IMG/VR virus record: IMGVR_UViG_3300036828_000612
Coordinates: 1-60,563 of that record
DNA: 60,563 nt
Reading direction: 5' to 3' (one strand)
From: a virus
Lineage: Duplodnaviria > Caudoviricetes
This document shows positions 53,932 through 60,563 of the stretch, in pieces. Each line of letters opens with the position of its first letter. Position 1 is the stretch's first letter. The position numbers and the translations under genes are program-made. The notes under the pieces were generated by a model. The model was not told the origin of the DNA and did not search any database. It was given only the letters and a program-made list of their open reading frames with translations.

Positions 53932-54108
53932 CTATCTGCCCTTGCCGGGAAAGCCCTTCTTGGATGGTATGAGCTTACTGCCAGGGCCGATCCTGCCCTC
54001 GCCGTCCTTATTGCCCATGGCGCGGTTTTTGGCTTCGGCGGCAAGCTCGGCCTTCGCTCCATGCCGGGTATCCGACATGGCGGGCTGCTTTTTAGGCGTG
54101 AAGGTCAT
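53932..54108 (-). CDS. Small Lys/Gly-rich protein
   Basis: MTFTPKKQP...KGFPGKGR; fits the operon. Confidence 0.5.
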   Translation of the reverse strand: MTFTPKKQPAMSDTRHGAKAELAAEAKNRAMGNKDGEGRIGPGSKLIPSKKGFPGKGR

Positions 54109-54118
54109 GGCGAGTTTC

Positions 54119-54379
54119 TCACTTTCCGCTGCGAGGCGGTGCCAGGGTTGGAGCAAAGGCACCCAGGCGCACCTTGCCGGCATCGGCGGTGGGTGCGAGG
54201 GTTGGGGCGAAGGCGCCGAGACGGACCTTGCCGGCGTCGGCGACGGTATCATTGAGAATATTTCTGATTTTCTGGATCGTATCCTCGCGAGCTTCCTCGC
54301 GAGTGCAATCCTCAGGCGTTTCATCGTTGAGACAGTCCAGCGCCTGCGTGAGGACTTCCTTCATGTGCTCGGTTTCCAT
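54119..54379 (-). CDS. Hypothetical protein with an 18 aa tandem repeat
   Basis: ADAGKVRLGAFAPTLAP x2 with synonymous codon differences. Confidence 0.6.
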   Translation of the reverse strand: METEHMKEVLTQALDCLNDETPEDCTREEAREDTIQKIRNILNDTVADAGKVRLGAFAPTLAPTADAGKVRLGAFAPTLAPPRSGK

Positions 54380-54596
54380 TGCGACGATCCTTTATTTGTT
54401 GACGTTGTCCGGTCTGCCGCGGGGTGTATTCTGCGTGGCCAGTCCCTTTGGCGTCATACGATCCACGGTCGGCTTGGGCGACGCGCGCTTGTATTCCCGT
54501 TCATCTGCGAGCACACGTGTCGTGCTGGCGCCGCTCGACCGATTGTCACCAAAGTTTTTCGGCATTGTCTATTCCTCAAATGAGGTAGGGAAAACC

Positions 54597-54917
54597 ATGA
54601 ATGATCGTATAGAAAGAGCTATCTATTCTGCCACCTTTGGGGACATTTGGCGTTTGACCGATAAAGTCTTGCCCATGAGCCGTGATGTGTGGCTTGAGTT
54701 TGCAAGAATATGGGACCCGATTCCGATTATCGAAACAGCTGTCGTTCAGGCGTGCCACGATGCCATCGCCCAGGCTTATGTCACGTATGCCGCTGCGAAC
54801 GCACCTATGCCACAGGCCGCGCCCCAGAACAGCTCGCCGAGCTCGGAGCCGCCACGAAGACCGAGTGGCAGCCCCGGTCGGCCTGCTTTGCCGGTAATAC
54901 GCCAGCCAAGCTCGTAG
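54597..54917 (+). CDS. Hypothetical moron protein
   Basis: GAGG/AGGGA RBS, lower GC; 3' end overlaps the opposite-strand gene. Confidence 0.4.
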   Translation: MNDRIERAIYSATFGDIWRLTDKVLPMSRDVWLEFARIWDPIPIIETAVVQACHDAIAQAYVTYAAANAPMPQAAPQNSSPSSEPPRRPSGSPGRPALPVIRQPSS

Positions 54918-55303
54918 AACGGCACGATGGCATAGCCGGCCGCGATGATGAAAATCAGGCCGTGCCAATTGAAGTAGGCGAGCGGCAGCGCCGTGATGCC
55001 CATGCTGTAGGTGCCATGGGAATTGAGCCCGCCCGCATCTTGCTGCCATGGATTGCCAGAGCGGCCCATCCCGATACCGCCGAAGTTAGGGATGGCGCAG
55101 CCCAGAAAGCCCGATAGGATCAGCGTGAGTGACCAGAGCTGATGCGAGCCCAGGAAGCAGCCGGCGGCGAGCGTTGCGCCGAAGAACGCCCGGACCGGAT
55201 AATCACCGAGGTTGATGCCCGTCCATTGCTCGAATGATCCGCCCGCCACTCGGCGACCGAGGCCACCCAGCAACGCGGAAGCAATGACCAGCAGCGCTAT
55301 CAC
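54776..55303 (-). CDS. Multi-pass membrane protein
   Basis: GTG start overlapping the upstream stop; several TM segments; ELGELFWG. Confidence 0.7.
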   Translation of the reverse strand: MIALLVIASALLGGLGRRVAGGSFEQWTGINLGDYPVRAFFGATLAAGCFLGSHQLWSLTLILSGFLGCAIPNFGGIGMGRSGNPWQQDAGGLNSHGTYSMGITALPLAYFNWHGLIFIIAAGYAIVPFYELGWRITGKAGRPGLPLGLRGGSELGELFWGAACGIGAFAAAYVT

Positions 55304-56079
55304 TTGGATGCCGCCGCCCTCGCCCGATGCGCTGCCTCGATGGTGCCCAAGTCCTGCGCTGCGATCTGGCACAGGAAGTCGCAGGCTGGCGCGATCGGTT
55401 CCAGCGTCGGCCAATCCGCGGGGATCTCGTCGATGAACAGCCGCACATCGGCGATGCGTGTCAGCCGCGCGCCCAGTCGCCGGGACAGATCGGCCATGCG
55501 CGCGAACTCGACCGGGAAATGCAGCCTGATTGCCGCCCAGTAATCCGGTGACGTGGCTTTCGGGCAAGGCAGGCAGTTGTTGTTCTGGAACCCGAGGCCA
55601 TACATTGCCGGCAATGCAATGCCGGCGCCGCGCACGATCGCATGGCAGGCGGCCTTATCGAGCCCGGCTGCGATCAGCGGTGTCTCGATTGTCAACTCGT
55701 GGAACACATGCCGCAGCCGTGCCGCCCGTGCCTGGTCGTTCGCGTCGCAGGTATAGCCGAACACGTGCACATCATCGCCATGCTGGAAGGCATGCCGCGG
55801 AGCGACCTTGAGGATGCCGGTGCATGGAGCGCCATCGTTGCCGGCGAGGTATTTCCGGCGCTCCCACACGTCCCATGTGTCGGCGTATTCGTCGGAGCGC
55901 AGACGGACGACATCAACACCCCACCAGCGCTGGCAGTCGTGCAAGAACCGCTCATTGTCCGGGTGCTCGGCGTTGGTCTCGCAGTAGGCTACGACACCGC
56001 CGGGGTGCGCTTTGATGTCGAGCGCGATGGCAACGGCGGACGCAGTGCCGCAGCCGAACCAGCGGACGCGCCGGGTCAT
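55300..56079 (-). CDS. PAPS-reductase-like (PP-loop) phage protein
   Basis: WFGCGTASAVA, EHPDNERF, APCTGILK, VFGYT, TPLI, MYGLGFQNNNCLPCPK. Confidence 0.8.
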   Translation of the reverse strand: MTRRVRWFGCGTASAVAIALDIKAHPGGVVAYCETNAEHPDNERFLHDCQRWWGVDVVRLRSDEYADTWDVWERRKYLAGNDGAPCTGILKVAPRHAFQHGDDVHVFGYTCDANDQARAARLRHVFHELTIETPLIAAGLDKAACHAIVRGAGIALPAMYGLGFQNNNCLPCPKATSPDYWAAIRLHFPVEFARMADLSRRLGARLTRIADVRLFIDEIPADWPTLEPIAPACDFLCQIAAQDLGTIEAAHRARAAASK

Positions 56080-56106
56080 GCCGCCGCCCTCGCCCGATGC
56101 GCTGCC
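55308..56106. repeat. 29 bp direct repeats (55308-55336 and 56078-56106) bracketing the PAPS-like gene
   Basis: atgccgccgccctcgcccgatgcgctgcc occurs exactly twice. Confidence 0.9.
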
Positions 56107-56188
56107 GCCAATTCGGCGCGCAGCCGTGCTATCTCCATTCGGGCTGACGCGATTTCGTTGATTGCTTCCAGGATCAGCGCCCCCGCGC

Positions 56189-57385
56189 TCACGTTGCCGC
56201 TCCGCGTCGGACGATCGTCGCTCGCCACCCCAGGCGGCGGAAGCTCGCACGCAGCCTGTCCGCATGCTGCCCGCGATAGTGGTGAAGGATCGGTGCGGTT
56301 ATCAGATCAAGCGCCTGGTCGAGACTGTCTTCCACCGCCTCGGGATCGCTCATCGTCCACAGCGCTGCGAGGTCGGCCTGCCGCTTCGGCAAACATGCCG
56401 GCGAATACCAGATGCACTCTTTGTCGGTCGTACCGTTGCCAGAATATGTGTGCTTGCCGCGCGACCACTCGACCGCATCCCATCTTGGCAGATCGTAATC
56501 GCCGAGATGCCCGCACAGCGCGATTCTGAGATGAGCGTTGTTACGAGCCCACGCTTCGACCGCGTCGGCCACCGGTGCCGCGTTGCCATACAGCCGTTCG
56601 TAGGAGCGATAGGGCGGATCGAGGAACACCGCCGTATCGTTGCCGCCGAAATGGTTGTTGAGGCACCGCGACCAGTCACCATGCACGATGCGGACCCGCT
56701 CAAGCCGCGCGGCGAGCTGGTGCAGCCAGCGCCATGCCGTCCGGCCCGAGGATGTCCAGAGGATCGGTTCGCCCATCCCCGCGTTGCTGGCGTGGGGCAC
56801 CTGGCCGATGGCCTGCACGCCCATCCCCGCGTCGCTGGCGTGGGGCACCTGGCCGATGGCCTGCACGCCCATCCCCGCGTCGCTGGCGTGGGGCACCTGG
56901 CCGATGGCCTGCACGCCCATCCCCGCGTCGCTGGCGTGGGGCACTTGATCCCACTTATCCGAGTTGCGCGGGCTATCCTCGCACCAACCCGAACCGATCC
57001 AACTGCACTGGCCCCACAGCCACCATCCCGCCACGGTCGCATCGCCAGGCCAGTGCGGATCGGCCAACGCCGCGCCAATGCGCTCGCGCTGTGCCATCAG
57101 CCAACCATGCCGCGCGCCGAGATCGATGTGCGATACCGGATAGTCGGCGGCTTCCGCCACCGCGCCTGGCTGGTGTTTGGTCGCGCGCCAGAAGTTCGCG
57201 AGGAAGCCCGAGGCGTCGTTGACCACTTCCAGGTCGGCGATGCGGGGGGCGGCCAGCAGCACGGCGCAGGAGCCCATGAACGGCTCGATATATTGCGACG
57301 GGGCGCCGAGACGTTCCCAGACCTCCGATGCAATGGAGCGCTTGCCACCGAAGTAGGGGAATGGTGCCAACAGCGCGGCGCTCAT
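56189..57385 (-). CDS. DNA adenine methyltransferase (Dam/D12 class)
   Basis: PFPYFGGK, YIEPFMGS, EVVND, FLDPPY, ECIW.S motifs. Confidence 0.9.
   Translation of the reverse strand: MSAALLAPFPYFGGKRSIASEVWERLGAPSQYIEPFMGSCAVLLAAPRIADLEVVNDASGFLANFWRATKHQPGAVAEAADYPVSHIDLGARHGWLMAQRERIGAALADPHWPGDATVAGWWLWGQCSWIGSGWCEDSPRNSDKWDQVPHASDAGMGVQAIGQVPHASDAGMGVQAIGQVPHASDAGMGVQAIGQVPHASNAGMGEPILWTSSGRTAWRWLHQLAARLERVRIVHGDWSRCLNNHFGGNDTAVFLDPPYRSYERLYGNAAPVADAVEAWARNNAHLRIALCGHLGDYDLPRWDAVEWSRGKHTYSGNGTTDKECIWYSPACLPKRQADLAALWTMSDPEAVEDSLDQALDLITAPILHHYRGQHADRLRASFRRLGWRATIVRRGAAT
56769..56945. repeat. 48 bp in-frame tandem repeat (about 3.7 copies) in the MTase
   Basis: QVPHASDAGMGVQAIG x3 plus a partial fourth copy. 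Confidence 0.95.
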
Positions 57386-57416
57386 GCCCGCCCCCCGTCG
57401 GGGATCCTTGCGCTCA

Positions 57417-57611
57417 TCAGTCGGCGGCCTGGCGGCTTACGATCGTCGCTCGCCACCCCAAGCGGCGAAAGATCGCCCGCAGCTTGTCCACATGCTGCCC
57501 GCGATAGTGGTGAAGGATCGGTGCGGTTATGACCGCGCGCTGTGTGTCGCGGTCAATGATGAGGCCGGCGACAAATGGCCTTGGACCGTCGCATACCACC
57601 CGTACCAACAT
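57417..57611 (-). CDS. Small conserved phage protein
   Basis: MLVRV...FVAGLII...APILHHYRG...GWRATIV; start uncertain. Confidence 0.55.
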   Translation of the reverse strand: MLVRVVCDGPRPFVAGLIIDRDTQRAVITAPILHHYRGQHVDKLRAIFRRLGWRATIVSRQAAD

Positions 57612-57622
57612 GCCGGTCGCGC

Positions 57623-57829
57623 TCACGGCGCCACCGCAGGCGATGCCCGTGCATCGCGTACCCATTTGTTCCAACCATCGAAGCGGGAAAACTCATGCGC
57701 GTTCGGAGCAGCGGTCCATTCCACGCCGGCCGGCTGAATGGCAATGATCGTGCGCCACATGCCACCACGCTCCGGTCGCCAGACCTGCCCGACCGCCGGA
57801 CACGGCAGAAGTTCGGCATCATCGTTCAT
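57623..57829 (-). CDS. Hypothetical protein
   Basis: PAVGQVW motif; coupled to the portal stop. Confidence 0.55.
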   Translation of the reverse strand: MNDDAELLPCPAVGQVWRPERGGMWRTIIAIQPAGVEWTAAPNAHEFSRFDGWNKWVRDARASPAVAP

Positions 57830-59214
57830 GGGCTGACATTCTCCGTGACTTCAACCGGTGGCGCGTCGGCCTTAGCTGCCACAATTTCCTCGTCAATGTC
57901 CAAATCTGGACTGAGAATGCCGCGGCGCTTCAGCTCGCTCAGCATCGTCTCGTTGCTCAGCTTGCCGGTGCTGTTCATCTCGAACAGCAGTGCCGCCGAC
58001 GACTCGGCCAGCGTGGCCGCGCCGAAGTCGCGGTAGATCGAAACATGCCCGCCCTTTGCCTCTCCGATCCACTTGGCCGTCAGATCAAGCGCCTGGTCGA
58101 GACTGTCTTCCACCGCCTGCATGATGCGTTGCAGATCGCACATGCCCTGTTCATTGTCGGCGATCGTCTGAACTTCGGTCGTGTTGCCCGGCTTAATGAT
58201 CAGCAGCTCGGCGCCAACCTGGCGCATCCGGTCTTCGAGGTCAAGCAGGGACATGCGGCCGGCCTCGATCGCTTTGCCAGAATGTTCGACATATTTCAGA
58301 TCGGCATTTTCACTGTCGGCGCGCACCAAACTGTTGGCGCCAACCTCAATCGGTGCGCCGCCCAGGCCGTTGGCGAACAGGATCGGCACACGCGCCACGT
58401 GCAGAATGTTCTGTTGGTCGGAGGCGCTCTGCCAATGCTCAACATTCGAAAACGCCAGCTCCATCATCGGTGGACAGCCGATCATGAAGTCGCGGCGGAA
58501 GCCGTACACCGGCACGAACGGTATCACATCCAGGGTGGTCGGGCCTTCCGCGAACAGCACCCACTGGTCCTCGTTGTCCGGCCGCACCGGGTCTTCGGCC
58601 CGGCGATAGATGGCCCAATAGCCAGGCTCGAGTACACGCACCTGCTCGATCGTCTTGGTGGCCCACCGGCCATCGTTGACCTCGACGGACTCCAGCAGCC
58701 GCAGCTGCGTCAGCTTTTGCTCGCCGGCACTTATCTCCGAGCGCCACCCGATGATGTTGGTCGGATGGATGTGGAGCCAGTAAGGACGAATACCGGCAGC
58801 CTTTTCATCAGCGACGGTGCGCGCGCCATTGGCGGGCGGGCAGTCTACCAGGATACCGCACAGACCGTAAGCCATGGCCTCGTGGCACACGCTGGCAGCG
58901 AACACATGCAGGTTGTTGTTCAGCAGATCGATGTTTTCCAGCCATTCGACCAGCGTGGGCGGCACATCCTCGCCGATGGTAACAGGCTTGGAGAATGGCT
59001 TGCCAGTCAGCACGGATACGGTGCGATGATAAGCTGGGAACAGTGTCGCGGTGTCTTTGCGTATCTCGTAGCTCTTATGGTCTTCCGCCGGCCATTTCGG
59101 CAGATACTTGATGCCGGCACGGCGCATCGTCTTCGTGCCGCCCATCAGGGCGTCGATCAGATGCCAGTCCTCAAGCATCTTGTCGACAACGGCCGTAGTA
59201 GTGCGAACGCTCAT
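57826..59214 (-). CDS. Portal protein (DUF4055-like)
   Basis: LMGGTKTMR.AG..YLP, ATLFPAY, NIDL..N.L, YGLCGILVD.P, RPYW, HWQSASD, LHVARVP. Confidence 0.92.
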   Translation of the reverse strand: MSVRTTTAVVDKMLEDWHLIDALMGGTKTMRRAGIKYLPKWPAEDHKSYEIRKDTATLFPAYHRTVSVLTGKPFSKPVTIGEDVPPTLVEWLENIDLLNNNLHVFAASVCHEAMAYGLCGILVDCPPANGARTVADEKAAGIRPYWLHIHPTNIIGWRSEISAGEQKLTQLRLLESVEVNDGRWATKTIEQVRVLEPGYWAIYRRAEDPVRPDNEDQWVLFAEGPTTLDVIPFVPVYGFRRDFMIGCPPMMELAFSNVEHWQSASDQQNILHVARVPILFANGLGGAPIEVGANSLVRADSENADLKYVEHSGKAIEAGRMSLLDLEDRMRQVGAELLIIKPGNTTEVQTIADNEQGMCDLQRIMQAVEDSLDQALDLTAKWIGEAKGGHVSIYRDFGAATLAESSAALLFEMNSTGKLSNETMLSELKRRGILSPDLDIDEEIVAAKADAPPVEVTENVSP

Positions 59215-59264
59215 GCACGCACTCCCCATTGCCGGCTGCCAGCTATCGGGTTATTTATTGGCCC

Positions 59265-59534
59265 ATGACATATGAAACCTGGATCGCCATGGCCACGGAC
59301 GCCACCCGCGACGCCATCGAAAAGGCCATCAACGGAGAGGCCGAAAAGATGCGCGCCAGCACCTCTGATGCCATCTTCGATGCCGTTTACTGGGCCACCC
59401 GTGATGGCACCGACGCTACCTATATGGCCACACTCAAGGCCACCAGGGATGCTACTCACCAAGCCACCAGCATGGCGGCCGCCATCTATAGGCAACAAAA
59501 TAACTTATTGCTTTCTGTCGCCGCTGAGCTATAG
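59265..59534 (+). CDS. xxAT-repeat family protein (moron between TerL and portal)
   Basis: ATDATRDAI...YWATRDGTDATYMATLKATRDATHQAT. Confidence 0.65.
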   Translation: MTYETWIAMATDATRDAIEKAINGEAEKMRASTSDAIFDAVYWATRDGTDATYMATLKATRDATHQATSMAAAIYRQQNNLLLSVAAEL

Positions 59535-59584
59535 AGGAAGCGGGTAGACCGGCCCTGACCACAACGAGAGGCGATCTCGCTGCA

Positions 59585-59797
59585 ATGACTGATTCCACCG
59601 ACATCGTCACGGCGATGCGAAGGACTGACGCCTATTACGATCCGTCGGAAGCAAATGACTTGCTGAGGGCAGGAGCGCAAGAAATTACGCGGCTCCGCGA
59701 GCTCGGCAAGAAGATCGCGCGGCCTTGGATCGATGGAGGCGTAACGGCCAAGGAGTGGATCGAGGCCGTGGACACATTCACTAACAGGTCGTCATGA
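59585..59797 (+). CDS. Hypothetical protein
   Basis: GAGG RBS; DIV...A.EI.RLR pattern common in small phage genes. Confidence 0.6.
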   Translation: MTDSTDIVTAMRRTDAYYDPSEANDLLRAGAQEITRLRELGKKIARPWIDGGVTAKEWIEAVDTFTNRSS

Positions 59798-60027
59798 CCA
59801 TCCCCGCCCAACTTCGCTACTGGTTAGCCCGATGCGGATTGCTTCGTTCCGATCGACAAGCTGCGACTCATGCGATGATCTATGAACTACAGCGTGCGCG
59901 GGGAGCACTTGAGCATGCACGCAAGGTTGCCTACGCCCTGGCGATGGATCGTGATGTTGCTCGGCTGGAAGCTGCGCTAGGTGCGTTGATCGACCAAGCG
60001 TGGCCGATCAACAATGGTCCCCGCTAA
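59794..60027 (+). CDS. Hypothetical protein
   Basis: ATGA overlap. Confidence 0.5.
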   Translation: MTIPAQLRYWLARCGLLRSDRQAATHAMIYELQRARGALEHARKVAYALAMDRDVARLEAALGALIDQAWPINNGPR

Positions 60028-60029
60028 TC

Positions 60030-60563
60030 TCATATCCGCAAAGGTTCGCTCGTTGTCTTTTCGAAGCCCCACCGAACGAACATGAAATAACCGCATGCAT
60101 CAACCAGATGATCATAGCCGCTGGCTTTGTCAGGTTCGTTTGTTCCTTCTCGATACGATAGCTTTTCGTATGACTCGATCGATTTCCTGCAACTTGGATC
60201 AACGAAAGCGCGACGTGTCCCATCAGCGGTGCAGAAGCGCGCATTGGTGACATTGAGCCTGTCACGCACCAACGGGTGGCTGCTCATAGACAGCACGCGA
60301 AAGCCGTGTTCGCGCAAAATAGATATATCGGTTTTGCCTTGAGCGGATGTTCGCCGTTGTGCGCCTGCCGGATCTGGGTAAATCACGATGTTTGCCGGCG
60401 TGCCGTAGCGACGAACAATCTCCTTGCTCATATCATCGGTGTCGCTGGTTGGAATAACAACCTCGCCAACTTGGTAGGCAATCTCTTCATTGTCGTGGTC
60501 TAATTGCCACACTGTGGCAGACATTGGATTGAGATTGAAATCCATGCCAATGTGTAACGGCGC
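60030..60563 (-). CDS. terL: Terminase large subunit, C-terminal nuclease part
   Basis: IGMDFN..PM, YPDPAG, DHLVDA.GY RNase H-fold acidic motifs. Confidence 0.95.
   Translation of the reverse strand, partial: APLHIGMDFNLNPMSATVWQLDHDNEEIAYQVGEVVIPTSDTDDMSKEIVRRYGTPANIVIYPDPAGAQRRTSAQGKTDISILREHGFRVLSMSSHPLVRDRLNVTNARFCTADGTRRAFVDPSCRKSIESYEKLSYREGTNEPDKASGYDHLVDACGYFMFVRWGFEKTTSEPLRI
60422..60563. repeat. Terminal direct repeat, copy 2
   Basis: Matches 1-142 with one mismatch. Confidence 0.97.

Noticed and set aside
55300-56079. Auxiliary metabolic cysH (sulfate assimilation) or a complete Dnd system
   Set aside because: Lacks the CysH C-terminal ECGLH motif; no other cys or dnd genes are present.
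56211-57530. Diversity-generating retroelement TR/VR pair
   Set aside because: No reverse transcriptase motif was found in the genome, and two of the six mismatches are not at adenines of either putative template.

Overview
The window is an apparently complete, circularly permuted ~60.4 kb GC-rich tailed phage genome with a contractile (myovirus-type) tail. The host is probably an alphaproteobacterium, inferred from GcrA-like, DnaA-C-like and DUF6456-like genes. Bases 1-142 repeat at 60422-60563 with one synonymous mismatch, and the terminase large subunit runs across this join. Organisation is lambdoid. A leftward early/middle operon (Cro-like, GcrA-like, VRR-NUC-like, DnaA-C, DUF1376-HNH, replication initiator with iterons, late regulator) leads into TerS/TerL, portal, scaffold, P22-gp5-like capsid, neck, sheath, tube, chaperones, tape measure, baseplate and a very large fibre/glycanase region. 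A divergent rightward early operon carries Gp157, a RecT-like protein and a DUF6745 module. No CI repressor, integrase or endolysin is recognisable. The best candidate for an undescribed system is a coupled operon of two stand-alone xxAT tetrapeptide-repeat proteins, a DUF6745-like protein and a His-rich partner, with three more xxAT paralogues dispersed around the genome. Other highlights: a TPR-GT9 glycosyltransferase among fibre genes; a WxPPDP repeat shared by two virion proteins; a tRNA-like element with an expanded anticodon arm; GGAU-loop hairpins ahead of the scaffold and capsid genes; probable ATT and ATA start codons; and a mosaic DNA-modification cassette. All family names come from motif recognition by eye; no searches were run.
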